Source: Bacteroidales bacterium (GTDB lineage Bacteria > Bacteroidota > Bacteroidia > Bacteroidales > JAIPAP01). From it: a stretch of 64,000 nt of DNA. The position numbers and the translations under genes are program-made. Position 1 is the first letter of the stretch. Each line of letters starts with the position of its first letter. Under the pieces are notes generated by a model. The model did no database searches. It saw only the letters and a list, made by a program, of their open reading frames with translations, and had not been told where the DNA came from. The stretch spans positions 251 to 64,250 of the forward strand of contig JAIPAP010000004.1 of the NCBI GenBank assembly GCA_021740045.1. Direction: 5' to 3'. Positions 37,347-47,016 of this stretch are shown piece after piece.

Positions 37347-39047
37347 CTATTTCTCCCGGTTCCCTTCATCTAAACTATCCAATTGGCCCCACTTGCCAAG
37401 CAACTCCTGAACTTGCTTGAAACGAATGGGTTTGGCAATAACATCCACCATTCCTTTTTCCAGGTATTTTTCCTGGTCTTCGGGCATGGCATATGCGGTC
37501 ATGGCAATAATCTTCGGACGTTCCGACTCGTCCCAGCGTTCGAAAATCTCATCGGTTGCCTGCAGGCCATCCATAACAGGCATTTGTATATCCATAAAGA
37601 TGATATCATAATTGTTATTCTCCAATTCCTCAATCACCTCCTTGCCATTGGATACAATGGTTGCATTGTATCCCATACGCTTCATCAGCTTATCGGCCAG
37701 TTTACGATTGGTATCATTATCTTCGGCTACCATAATGTTAAGCGGTATCTTTTCGGCCAGCTTGCGGTCCACCTTATGATCATCTTCTTTTTTGGCTTTG
37801 AGCTTCTGTTCATAAATGGTTTTAAGTACCACTTCAAAAAGTTCAGCCAATTGAACAGGTTTCATTAAAGTAGCCTTAAATATCTCACTGGGCAGTTCAT
37901 GAGTGAACTCCATGGAGGTTAGCATAACTACCGGTGTATTCCCTTTTTCCGGATGTTTTTTGATGGCTTTGGCCAGCTCAATACCATCCATTTCGGGCAT
38001 TTGCATATCGACAATAGCCAGGGAGAACTTCTCCTGTGGTTCGGCCAGCATATCAAGAGCCGCCTTACCCGATTCAGCGGTAACCGGGATCATGCCCCAG
38101 GACTCAAATTGGAGGGTAAGAATATGCCTGTTCGTTTGATTATCATCAACAATTAAAACCCGCTCATTTTTTAGTTCGGGGATTTGTCCGCGGAACTGAA
38201 CACCCGCATTTCCTGCTTCAGACCGCGCCATTTGAGCGGTAAAATACAAGGCAAATTGATCTTTCTGCGGTGATTCAACCCCCATTTCACCATTCATTAA
38301 ACGAATCAATGCCTGTATAACAGCCAGGCTAAGGTCGCGTGTACTAAACTGCGAATGTTCGAGGGAATTCATTTCTTCAAAAGCACGCTCCAGTTGTTGA
38401 ATTTTTTGCTTACTAAAACCGGTACTGGAATCGGAGAATGAAAATTTTATCCGCTGTATCCCTTTTGCTTCCCCAATTTTTTCAACCGTAATCATTATGC
38501 TGCCGCTGTCGATGTAGTTCATAATATGTTTAAACATCTCAACCACAACCTGGCGCAGCCGGGCAGTATCTCCTTTTAGATATTTGGATACCCCCTGTTC
38601 GATGGAATACAATAGTTCAACGCCCTTCTCTTTCGCATATGCATTAGCAATATCAATAGCGTCCTCAACACATTCTTTAATCTTAAAGGGCTCTTCTTTT
38701 AGCCTAAGTTTGTTATTTTCAATTTTCGAAAGGTCGATCAGTTCATTTACAATATTGGTGAGATGATTTACACTCACCCTGATGGTATCGAGCAATTCCT
38801 GTTGTTCTTCGGTTAATTTAGTATCGGAGAGCAAACTTGCCATACCCACTATGGCATTTAGAGGCGTCCTGATGTCATGACTCATCATTCCAAGGTATTC
38901 ACGGCGGGATTTGCGATCGAACTCCTGGGCATCGTCGCTATCTTTTTGCCGCTTAAGATCAGCTATCCTGTTTTTTAGCTGTTCATTGGATTCCCTCAAA
39001 GCTTCCAACTCCTTATTTAACTCATCCAGCGTCGGTTTTTTGGCCAT
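37347..39047 (-). CDS. Hybrid histidine kinase with two receiver domains, no TM or sensor domain, and an atypical ATP-binding domain
   Basis: 566 aa with an N-terminal coiled coil and H-box MSHDIRTPLNAIVG. Two REC domains are present (ILIVDDNQTNRHIL...AIVDMQMPEMDG and IMVAEDNDTNRKL...IIFMDIQMPVMDG). The G1 and G2 boxes are not recognisable (SDSSTGF, STRDLSLAV). Confidence 0.85.
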   Translation of the reverse strand: MAKKPTLDELNKELEALRESNEQLKNRIADLKRQKDSDDAQEFDRKSRREYLGMMSHDIRTPLNAIVGMASLLSDTKLTEEQQELLDTIRVSVNHLTNIVNELIDLSKIENNKLRLKEEPFKIKECVEDAIDIANAYAKEKGVELLYSIEQGVSKYLKGDTARLRQVVVEMFKHIMNYIDSGSIMITVEKIGEAKGIQRIKFSFSDSSTGFSKQKIQQLERAFEEMNSLEHSQFSTRDLSLAVIQALIRLMNGEMGVESPQKDQFALYFTAQMARSEAGNAGVQFRGQIPELKNERVLIVDDNQTNRHILTLQFESWGMIPVTAESGKAALDMLAEPQEKFSLAIVDMQMPEMDGIELAKAIKKHPEKGNTPVVMLTSMEFTHELPSEIFKATLMKPVQLAELFEVVLKTIYEQKLKAKKEDDHKVDRKLAEKIPLNIMVAEDNDTNRKLADKLMKRMGYNATIVSNGKEVIEELENNNYDIIFMDIQMPVMDGLQATDEIFERWDESERPKIIAMTAYAMPEDQEKYLEKGMVDVIAKPIRFKQVQELLGKWGQLDSLDEGNREK

Positions 39048-39259
39048 GTCGATATCGGCTTAACGTTATTTCAACCAAAATACAATTTATTTAATTTAAG
39101 TTATACACAGGGTTCGCTTCTTGGTCCTTTCGTCTATAATTCCCCCCTATATAACCCTAAAATATCAGGCTAAATTACATTTTTTAGCCATACCAAAATA
39201 CAAGAATGCAAGTAATTAACTATAGACTTTGCTCAATAATTTGAATACAGGGATCATTT

Positions 39260-39787
39260 TTACTGCTGGTTATTGCTGTCATTGGCCGGTTTAAATTCAA
39301 GTGCGGCCGAGTTAATACAATACCGTAAGCCGGTTGGCTCGGGCCCATCGTTGAATACATGCCCCAGGTGACCGCCACATTTTGCACATAATACCTCATG
39401 ACGCACCATGCCCAGGCTCCGGTCAATCTCGATATTCACATTGTTCTCAAGCAATGGAGCATAAAAGCTAGGCCAACCGCAACCTGCATCGAACTTGGTA
39501 TCCGACTCGAAAAGAGCGGTTCCACATCCCGCGCAATAATAGGTGCCCTTGTTGAAATGCTGATCATATTTCCCGGTATAGGGCCGCTCCGTGCCTTTTT
39601 CGCGCAATATCTTAAATTGCATTGGAGTAAGCACTTCCTGCCATTCTTGTTCGGATTTATCTATTTTATCACTCATATTATTGGTATCATTTTTTACCAG
39701 TTTATTCAATACCTTGTTGCTTTCCTGCGAATTACAGGAAAGAATTCCAAAAGCTATGACTATTATCATTGAAATCAATCGGCTCAT
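39260..39787 (-). CDS. msrB: Peptide-methionine (R)-S-oxide reductase MsrB with lipoprotein-type signal
   Basis: 175 aa starting [21 protein letters not shown]. MsrB motifs are present: [38 protein letters not shown]. Confidence 0.9.
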   Translation of the reverse strand: MSRLISMIIVIAFGILSCNSQESNKVLNKLVKNDTNNMSDKIDKSEQEWQEVLTPMQFKILREKGTERPYTGKYDQHFNKGTYYCAGCGTALFESDTKFDAGCGWPSFYAPLLENNVNIEIDRSLGMVRHEVLCAKCGGHLGHVFNDGPEPTGLRYCINSAALEFKPANDSNNQQ

Positions 39788-39980
39788 ATCGTTATCTCCT
39801 TGGTTTCAAAACAAGCCCGGGTATTCGTTGTTCATCCGAACTTGTATAGTATTTGAATGGTTGATTAATTATTGATTTAATTGTTACTTTGTGCTCTTGT
39901 AATGATCGCATCCGTAATATGCAACATAATTAAATATGAATTTTAATGCATAAAATGGTAGATCAAAATATTAACGAATT

Positions 39981-40703
39981 ATGAGCATGAATAATGCCTG
40001 GTGGGATCAGTATTTGGCACCTATTTTAATCCTTTTCCTTTTTGTAGCGGCCTTTAGCTTATATTACAAGGTTATAAGCTCGGGAAGAATCAAGCGAAAA
40101 TTTGAACACCTGTTATCACCTGATTCTTTTACCATACGGTGGAATTTATTCACCCGCTTATTAGGATTCGGATTATTCGGGGTGCTCCCGGGATTGATCA
40201 TGCTGATCAAATTCGCCAAGCCGCTTAGCCAATACGGGATGAACCTTAGCAATCAATCATTAACTGTATACTGGATTTTGGGATTAAGTTCGCTGGCTGT
40301 ACTTTTTAATTATTTTGCAGCACGATCACCGCAAAACCTTAAGATGTATCCACAGATCAGGATTAAACGATGGAACGGCACATTGATCACCATCAATTCG
40401 ATAAGTTGGATGGCGTATTTGCTGGGGTATGAATTTATGTTCAGGGGATTATTGCTATTTGGACTTCTCCCCTATTTTGATTTATGGATCGTAATTGGCC
40501 TGAATGCTTTGTTATATTCCCTAGCCCATATTCCCAAAGGCAGGCGGGAAACGCTGGCAGCTTTTCCGTTTGGTATTTTGCTTTGCATCATTTGCCTGGA
40601 AGCCGGGAACCTTTGGATTGCCTTTTTCGCGCATTCGGCACTGGCCTTGTCGAACGACATGTTCTCAATAAGGTATCAAACCAAAATGGAATTTATTAGA
40701 TAA
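39981..40703 (+). CDS. CPBP-family intramembrane metalloprotease (CAAX/Abi)
   Basis: 240-aa polytopic protein with GYEFMFRGLL (EExxxR-like), LYSLAHIPKG and FFAHSALALSND motifs. Confidence 0.75.
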   Translation: MSMNNAWWDQYLAPILILFLFVAAFSLYYKVISSGRIKRKFEHLLSPDSFTIRWNLFTRLLGFGLFGVLPGLIMLIKFAKPLSQYGMNLSNQSLTVYWILGLSSLAVLFNYFAARSPQNLKMYPQIRIKRWNGTLITINSISWMAYLLGYEFMFRGLLLFGLLPYFDLWIVIGLNALLYSLAHIPKGRRETLAAFPFGILLCIICLEAGNLWIAFFAHSALALSNDMFSIRYQTKMEFIR

Positions 40704-40705
40704 TT

Positions 40706-41692
40706 ATGAAAATATTAATCACAGGGGCAACAGGTTATATTGGTTCCGGGCTGGCAAAAAAACTGGCATCCAGTGGTCATACCGTTCATGCGTTGATTAG
40801 GAGTCCCGAAAAAGCCGGGCTGATCAGGCATGAAAACATTCATATTTTCGAGGGTACCATTTTGCAGCCCGATAAAATTGAAAAAGCCATTACCGGTTGC
40901 CAACAGGTTTACCATCTGGCTGCTTATGCCAAGCCATGGGCAAGGGATTCAAGCACCTTCTTCAGGATCAACACCCTGGGGACCGATCATATATTGAAGG
41001 CAGCTTTTGAACACAAGATTAGCAAAGTAGTATTTACCTCTACTGCGGGCACCTTCAATCCTTCCTTCAATAAGCCCGTCAATGAAGATACCCTCAGACT
41101 GATCGACTTTTTTAATGATTACGAAACCTCCAAATTCATTGCTGAAGAGCGCTGTCAGAAATACATCAGAAAAGGCCTCAATGTAGTGATAGTAAACCCT
41201 CCCCGCCTATATGGCCCCGGGCTTTTAAGTAAAAGCAATGCCGTTACACTAATGATAAAACGATATTCGGAAGGCCGCTGGCGTATTATACCGGATAATG
41301 GGGATAAAGTAGGGAATTATGTGTTTATTGATGACGTGATAAAGGGACACATTTTAGCTATGGACAAAGGCCGCTCGGGCGAAAAGTACTTGCTTGGCGG
41401 AGAAAATATAAGCTACTCGGGCTTTTTCGACACACTTGCTAAGGTATGCGGTAAAAAGTATAAAATGATAAATTTACCCTATTCGGTGATGATGGTCGCT
41501 TCAGGGTTGTTCTTGTTCTGGACCCGGATAAGCGGTCGTCCGCCGCTAATCACACCCGAATGGGTAAAAAAATATTTATACAATTGGGCCTTATCCAGCC
41601 AAAAGGCCATTGATGAATTGGGTTATCAGATTACACCGCTGGAAACGGGTATGCAAAAAACCATTGATTGGATCAGAAAACAGAGTGAATAA
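40706..41692 (+). CDS. NAD-dependent epimerase/dehydratase-family (extended SDR) protein
   Basis: 328 aa with Rossmann motif ILITGATGYIGSGL and catalytic YxxxK (YETSKFIAE). Confidence 0.85.
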   Translation: MKILITGATGYIGSGLAKKLASSGHTVHALIRSPEKAGLIRHENIHIFEGTILQPDKIEKAITGCQQVYHLAAYAKPWARDSSTFFRINTLGTDHILKAAFEHKISKVVFTSTAGTFNPSFNKPVNEDTLRLIDFFNDYETSKFIAEERCQKYIRKGLNVVIVNPPRLYGPGLLSKSNAVTLMIKRYSEGRWRIIPDNGDKVGNYVFIDDVIKGHILAMDKGRSGEKYLLGGENISYSGFFDTLAKVCGKKYKMINLPYSVMMVASGLFLFWTRISGRPPLITPEWVKKYLYNWALSSQKAIDELGYQITPLETGMQKTIDWIRKQSE

Positions 41693-41694
41693 AC

Positions 41695-42519
41695 ATGGAG
41701 GAAAAGGCGCAGGAATACTACACATTAATTACTGGAGCCAGCGAAGGTATTGGCAAAGCAATGGCTTACGAATGCGGTAAACGGGGAATGAACCTGGTAT
41801 TAACATCGCTTCCCGGACCCGGCCTGAAGAACGTTGCCGATATCATTATTAAGCAATTCGGCGTAAAGGTAATAACGCTTGAAAAGGACCTTACTGCCCC
41901 CGAGGCTCCCAAAGAAATTTACACCTGGGTGAAAAACCAGAACCTTAAAGTTAACATGCTCATCAATAATGCCGGTAAAGGATGCCTGGGGCCTTTCGAC
42001 CATTTTAGTTATGAATTTTATTATAAAATGATGCAGTTAAACATGGTTTCCCTGGTGTTACTTTCCCGTCTTTTCATACCGGAGATGAAGAGTTACCCAC
42101 AATCTTATATCTTAAACCTGGGTAGTGTAGCTTCCTTTTATCCCATTCCCTATAAAGTGATTTATGCCGCATCAAAAGGTTTTGTTTATTCCTTTTCAAG
42201 AGCTTTAAGGGAAGAATTAAAACACACCTCGGTACATGTAAGTGTATTATGTGCCGGCTCGGTAATTACAAGTCCTGAAGTACTTAAACGGATCAGGAAA
42301 AGTGGTTTCTTTGGTAAGGCATCATCCATAAGACCTGCCAAGTTAGCCCAATATACCATTACAAAATTACTGGCAAAAAAACCCGTGATTATACCGGGGC
42401 GTTTTAATATGCTCTTTATATTTTTAAATAAACTTCTACCTTCAAGCTACAAGCAAAGTTTTTTGGCCCGAAAATTTAACAACGGAACCGTGGGAGGTGA
42501 TATCAAGACAAAGGAATAA
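41695..42519 (+). CDS. Short-chain dehydrogenase/reductase (classical SDR)
   Basis: 274 aa with TGASEGIGKA, NNAG and YAASKGF motifs. Confidence 0.85.
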   Translation: MEEKAQEYYTLITGASEGIGKAMAYECGKRGMNLVLTSLPGPGLKNVADIIIKQFGVKVITLEKDLTAPEAPKEIYTWVKNQNLKVNMLINNAGKGCLGPFDHFSYEFYYKMMQLNMVSLVLLSRLFIPEMKSYPQSYILNLGSVASFYPIPYKVIYAASKGFVYSFSRALREELKHTSVHVSVLCAGSVITSPEVLKRIRKSGFFGKASSIRPAKLAQYTITKLLAKKPVIIPGRFNMLFIFLNKLLPSSYKQSFLARKFNNGTVGGDIKTKE

Positions 42520-42539
42520 ACAAACCGGATTGTACCGAT

Positions 42540-43016
42540 ATGGAATGGCTATTCATAACCATAGGCATTATTTTACTGATCACCGGGCTAATCGGGTGCA
42601 TAGCTCCTGTATTGCCCGGTCCGCCAATTAGTTACGGGGCGTTGCTCGTTTTACAATTAATGGACCCAGCGCCGTTTACCAGTGATTTCATGGTAAAATG
42701 GGCCTTGATCGTAATTGCTGTAACCGTTCTTGATTATGTGGTCCCGATATATGGCACTAAATATTTCGGGGGAACCAAAAAAGGCGTATGGGGATCGGCA
42801 GTTGGACTGGTGCTCGGGATTGTTTTCTTCCCTCCCTTTGGAATTATCATCGGGCCATTCATTGGAGCAGTGGTAGGTGAAATGATCGAAGGCAAAGAAC
42901 TCAATGCTGCCTTTCGTTCCGGTTTTGGCTCGTTTATTGGTTTTTTAACCGGTACCATTATGAAGTTGGCCGTCTCGGTCATAATCACATATCACTTTAT
43001 TGCAACATTAGCATAA
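42540..43016 (+). CDS. DUF456 family membrane protein
   Basis: 158 aa with 4 TM helices. LLITGLIGCIAPVLPGPPISYGA is the typical DUF456 start. Confidence 0.75.
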   Translation: MEWLFITIGIILLITGLIGCIAPVLPGPPISYGALLVLQLMDPAPFTSDFMVKWALIVIAVTVLDYVVPIYGTKYFGGTKKGVWGSAVGLVLGIVFFPPFGIIIGPFIGAVVGEMIEGKELNAAFRSGFGSFIGFLTGTIMKLAVSVIITYHFIATLA

Positions 43017-43026
43017 CTAATGCATT

Positions 43027-43857
43027 ATGAAACTCGATAAAACCGAAGACCTAAAAGTAAAAGCCTGTGAGATAAGAAAAGATGTTGTTCGCAGCCTTGG
43101 CATAGCAGGAAGCGGCCATCTTGGAGGTTCCCTCAGCACCGCCGATATTTTCACAGCGCTGTATTTCAATGTCCTTAATCACAATCCCCAAAACCCTTCC
43201 TGGCCCGAAAGAGACCGCCTGATTCTTTCCATCGGACACGTTGCACCGGTTTATTATACAGCCCTGGCCCATGCAGGTTACTTTCCCAAGGATGAATTAA
43301 AAACCCTTCGAAAGCTGGGTTCACGTTTGCAAGGCCATCCCGGCCGGGAACATGGCCTGCCGGGGATAGAACTTTCGGCCGGGTCACTGGGGCAAGGTTT
43401 ATCGGTAGCTGTTGGGCGAGCCATCGCCGGAAAAGCAGATAACAGGAGCTGGACGGTTTTTTGCATCAACGGTGATGGGGAGTTGCAGGAAGGCTCCATC
43501 TGGGAAGCTGCCATGAGCGCCGGCCATTATAAACTCGATAACCTGGTGGTCATCGTCGACCGTAACAGAGTTCAAATTGACGGGAAAACCGAAACCGTGA
43601 TGCGCATTGAGCCTTTGGCTGATAAATGGAAAGCCTTCAACTGGAATGTGATTGAATGCAACGGGCATAATTTTGATGAATTGATCCCGGCCCTCAACAA
43701 AGCCAGGGATTTTAAAGGAAAACCTTCGGTGGTTATTGCTAATACAATTATGGGAAAAGGTATCCCCGAAATTGAAGGGGATTATACCTGGCACGGTAAA
43801 CCGCCCAAACCCGGACAGGTCGACGAATTTTTAAGGATTATTGACAAAAATGGATAA
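43027..43857 (+). CDS. Transketolase, N-terminal (TPP-binding) subunit
   Basis: 276 aa with SGHLGGSLS, GHPG...GSLGQGLSVAVG and NGDGELQEGSIWEA motifs. Confidence 0.9.
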   Translation: MKLDKTEDLKVKACEIRKDVVRSLGIAGSGHLGGSLSTADIFTALYFNVLNHNPQNPSWPERDRLILSIGHVAPVYYTALAHAGYFPKDELKTLRKLGSRLQGHPGREHGLPGIELSAGSLGQGLSVAVGRAIAGKADNRSWTVFCINGDGELQEGSIWEAAMSAGHYKLDNLVVIVDRNRVQIDGKTETVMRIEPLADKWKAFNWNVIECNGHNFDELIPALNKARDFKGKPSVVIANTIMGKGIPEIEGDYTWHGKPPKPGQVDEFLRIIDKNG

Positions 43858-43866
43858 TTAACACCT

Positions 43867-44847
43867 ATGAAAACGCCTATATCTGAACTTACCAACAAAG
43901 GTGACAAACCCACCCGGCATGGCTTTGGTGAAGGGGTGCTTGAAGCAGCCAAAAAAAATCAAAAAGTAGTTGGGGTCGGCGCTGATATCACCGGATCGGT
44001 TAAGATGAATCTTTTTGCCGATGCTTTTCCCAAAAGGTTTTATTCCCTGGGAATAGCCGAGCAAAATTGCATGGGTGTTGCAGCCGGACTGGCACAGGAA
44101 GGGAAAGTACCGGTTTTTTCCACCTACGGTGTTTTCTCAGCCATGCGAACGACTGATTTTGTTCGCATATCCGTTTGTTACAATGCATTGCATGTGGTGA
44201 TAGGAGGCGCCCATGCAGGTATTTCCGTTGGCCCTGACGGCGCCACCCATCAAGCCCTTGAGGACATCGCCATAATGCGTTCTTTGCCCAACATGACGGT
44301 GGTTTCCCCGTGTGATGCCACGCAAGCCAAAATAGCCACCGAAAAAGCTATCAATGCATTATCCGGCCCGGTTTACATCCGTTTTGGACGGGAGGCCGTT
44401 CCTGATTTTACTTCCGAAGACCTGCCTTTTGATTTCAATCAGGCCCAACTATTTCGTCATGGAAATGATCTTACCATTATAGCCACCGGCCATATGACCT
44501 GGGAGGCTATGAAAGCTGCTCAAAAGCTGAGCAAACAAGGCATGGAAGCCAGGGTTATTAACCTTCATACCATCAAACCCATCGATAAGGAAACTATCAG
44601 GCAAGCCGCCTTGGAAACCGGAGCTATTGTTACCATTGAGGAGCATCAGGTGCATGGCGGCATGGGAAGTGCCGTTGCCGAAGTGGTGGTGAAAGAACAC
44701 CCGGTACCCATGGAAATGCTGGGTATGCCCGATTGTTTTGGTGAATCAGGGCAGCCGGATGAATTATTGGAAAAGTACGGAATGTCCGCAAAAAAGATAG
44801 AAGAAGCCGCCCAATTGATATTAACACGGAAAAGAGATAAAATTTGA
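43867..44847 (+). CDS. Transketolase, C-terminal (pyrimidine-binding) subunit
   Basis: 326 aa with GIAEQNCMGVAAGLA, GPDGATHQALEDIAIMRSLPNM and TIEEH motifs. Confidence 0.9.
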   Translation: MKTPISELTNKGDKPTRHGFGEGVLEAAKKNQKVVGVGADITGSVKMNLFADAFPKRFYSLGIAEQNCMGVAAGLAQEGKVPVFSTYGVFSAMRTTDFVRISVCYNALHVVIGGAHAGISVGPDGATHQALEDIAIMRSLPNMTVVSPCDATQAKIATEKAINALSGPVYIRFGREAVPDFTSEDLPFDFNQAQLFRHGNDLTIIATGHMTWEAMKAAQKLSKQGMEARVINLHTIKPIDKETIRQAALETGAIVTIEEHQVHGGMGSAVAEVVVKEHPVPMEMLGMPDCFGESGQPDELLEKYGMSAKKIEEAAQLILTRKRDKI

Positions 44848-44954
44848 ACAATACTTTTTAGCTGTTTTTTGTTATGTGTGATAATCGATCAATAAGATAA
44901 TTGTATAATTTTGAGCGGCACATGCTGCACACCCGAAGATGCTGGACAATAGAT

Positions 44955-45530
44955 ATGGAATTAGGCGAGCGCACACGTTTTTTTCTTCGCAACATGATTC
45001 GTGGCCTGTTATGGCTGGGAGCTATCGTTGTCATTTTCATCATAGTGAAAGAATATGCACCTTCGGTTCATTACAAGCAATGGCTGGAGCCCATCTATGA
45101 CAGGCCTTTGCTAATGCCCACCGTATTTGCCATTTCTGAGGTGGCTTTTGGGATTATCCCGCCTGAAGTCTTTATGATATGGGCAACCACCATGGGCGGA
45201 ATAGCCACTTATGTAATCTATGTGGTAATATTTGCAGGATTTTCATACCTGGCCGGTATTATTGGTTACATGATCGGGAACTACCTGCACCACACCGTTT
45301 TTTACCGCTACTTACGCAGGCGCTATATGAGCAAATACGTGCAGTATTTTCATAAATACGGCTCGTTTCTCATTATCGTAGCATCTATGACGCCCCTTCC
45401 CTTTTCGGCCATCAGTATGCTGGTGGGTTCGGTAAAATATCCGTTCGATCGATTTCTGTTCTATGCGTTGTTTCGGTTTGTACGATTTGCTGCTTACTCA
45501 GTAATCATATATCAGGCTAATGCAATATAA
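44955..45530 (+). CDS. Membrane protein, DedA/VTT-like (weak call); start uncertain
   Basis: The track ORF starts at a TTG (44901), with in-frame ATGs at 44922 and 44955. MELGERTRFFLRNMIRGLLWLGAIVV... is followed by several TM helices. Confidence 0.55.
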   Translation: MELGERTRFFLRNMIRGLLWLGAIVVIFIIVKEYAPSVHYKQWLEPIYDRPLLMPTVFAISEVAFGIIPPEVFMIWATTMGGIATYVIYVVIFAGFSYLAGIIGYMIGNYLHHTVFYRYLRRRYMSKYVQYFHKYGSFLIIVASMTPLPFSAISMLVGSVKYPFDRFLFYALFRFVRFAAYSVIIYQANAI

Positions 45531-45556
45531 AAAAGCAGGGCCGTACCCTGCTTTTA
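45529..45556. terminator. Bidirectional rho-independent terminator between convergent genes
   Basis: AAAAAGCAGGG-ccgta-CCCTGCTTTT is a 7-bp stem flanked by an A-run and a T-run. Confidence 0.65.
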
Positions 45557-45585
45557 ATCAACCAGTAAGCTAACATTTAAATCAA

Positions 45586-46200
45586 CTACTTATGCTTAAT
45601 TGTACAACCAATCGCCTTTGTATGCGTAGTCTCGGGCTTTTTACCCTTTAAAAGTGCATCAACTGCATCGGTTACATAAGTCTTTTCAACCTTTGAAGCA
45701 TCGCTGTAATTATCATCGATAGCTCCAATATATTCAACAATCAAATCGCCATCCTGTTTTTTATCAAGCAAAAAAACATGAGGCGTCCGTTTTGCCCCGT
45801 ATTTTGGATACACTTCCTGCTTGGCATCAAAAAGATACGGAAATGTAAATCCCTTTTCTTCGGCCCGTTTTTTCATATTCTCGAAGGAATCTTCCGGGTA
45901 TAAATCCGGATCATTCGGATTGATGGCAATTACCGGGTATCCCTTGTCCTCATATTCATTATTAATATCAATTATCCGTTCTTCATAAGCTTTTGAATAG
46001 GGACAATGATTACACGTAAAAATCACAATAAATCCCTTAGCATCATCATAATCGGAAAGCGAAACCCAGGTTCCGTCAATATTCTTTAGTTTGAAATCAC
46101 TGGCTTTGTCGCCAACATCATAGCCACCACCTGCATTTGCCATAAAGGCAGCCACTATCAATACCGCAATAAGCATTATTCTTTTCATAATCGTATTCAT
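45586..46200 (-). CDS. Thioredoxin-fold (redoxin/AhpC-TSA-like) secreted protein
   Basis: 204 aa with a signal peptide, the CxxC-like motif FTCNHCPYS, and a GAKRTPHVFLLD segment typical of this fold. Confidence 0.75.
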   Translation of the reverse strand: MNTIMKRIMLIAVLIVAAFMANAGGGYDVGDKASDFKLKNIDGTWVSLSDYDDAKGFIVIFTCNHCPYSKAYEERIIDINNEYEDKGYPVIAINPNDPDLYPEDSFENMKKRAEEKGFTFPYLFDAKQEVYPKYGAKRTPHVFLLDKKQDGDLIVEYIGAIDDNYSDASKVEKTYVTDAVDALLKGKKPETTHTKAIGCTIKHK

Positions 46201-46683
46201 TTAGTTTTGGTTTAAATATGTTTCAAGTTCCTTCAGTGTGATCTTTCCTTCATGAAACTTCCTGAAATCCTGCTTGTGGTTATACACCACGGTAGCCGGT
46301 ATAGCCCCGCTCCATCGCGGATCTACTTTATTGATCCAGGCATTGGCATCAGGATCGTCCAGCAGAAGCACTTCCGGTTTCAGATTTCGCTTCTTTATAA
46401 AAGGAATTACCTTGCTTTCCAATTGATTGGGAAGATCAAGGCTAACCAGGATGATTTTGACCTTTTGGTTTCTGTATTTTTCATAAACGGTTTCAAAAAC
46501 CGGCATTTCCTTAACACAGGGCTTGCACCATGTAGCCCAGAAATTGATCACATAGGTGGTGTCATTCTTTTTGTGAAGATAAGTTTCAAAGCGGTCGAAA
46601 TCCATCTTAGGTACCTCTCCGGCGTGAGAAGCAATGGGTATTAACAGCACTGCAAACAATACAATTCCAACAAATTTTCTCAT
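46201..46683 (-). CDS. TlpA-family thiol:disulfide oxidoreductase, secreted
   Basis: 160 aa with a signal peptide and the WATWCKPC active site. Its stop abuts the start of the downstream thioredoxin-fold gene. Confidence 0.85.
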   Translation of the reverse strand: MRKFVGIVLFAVLLIPIASHAGEVPKMDFDRFETYLHKKNDTTYVINFWATWCKPCVKEMPVFETVYEKYRNQKVKIILVSLDLPNQLESKVIPFIKKRNLKPEVLLLDDPDANAWINKVDPRWSGAIPATVVYNHKQDFRKFHEGKITLKELETYLNQN

Positions 46684-46847
46684 ATCGATCTATTTACCTA
46701 TGTTATTCAGTAAAAACACCGCATGGAATTAGTTTGTTCATGATAATGGGGGGAGTAATATTCAATCAGAAATTTGGGATTTTCATTTAATAATTGTTTT
46801 TGAAGAATAAATGATTGTTTATTGCTATTTACATTTCAAAATAGTTC

Positions 46848-46932
46848 AACTCCTTCGGAGTTGCTATTCCAACTGCATATCAAGCCACAGGCTATCGCCT
46901 GTGGTTAATACCGTTGAATCCCTCCGGGATTC
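46848..46932. other. Cluster of three GC-rich stem-loops in an otherwise AT-rich intergenic region
   Basis: AACTCC-ttc-GGAGTT at 46848-46862, CCACAGGC-tatc-GCCTGTGG at 46885-46904 and GAATCCC-tcc-GGGATTC at 46916-46932. Confidence 0.6.
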
Positions 46933-47016
46933 GCATAACTCAACTAACAGAAATGATGTTTACCGGACACCAATGAAGTAAAATGAATACATATTTCACC
47001 AAAACTTCTTTTCTCC

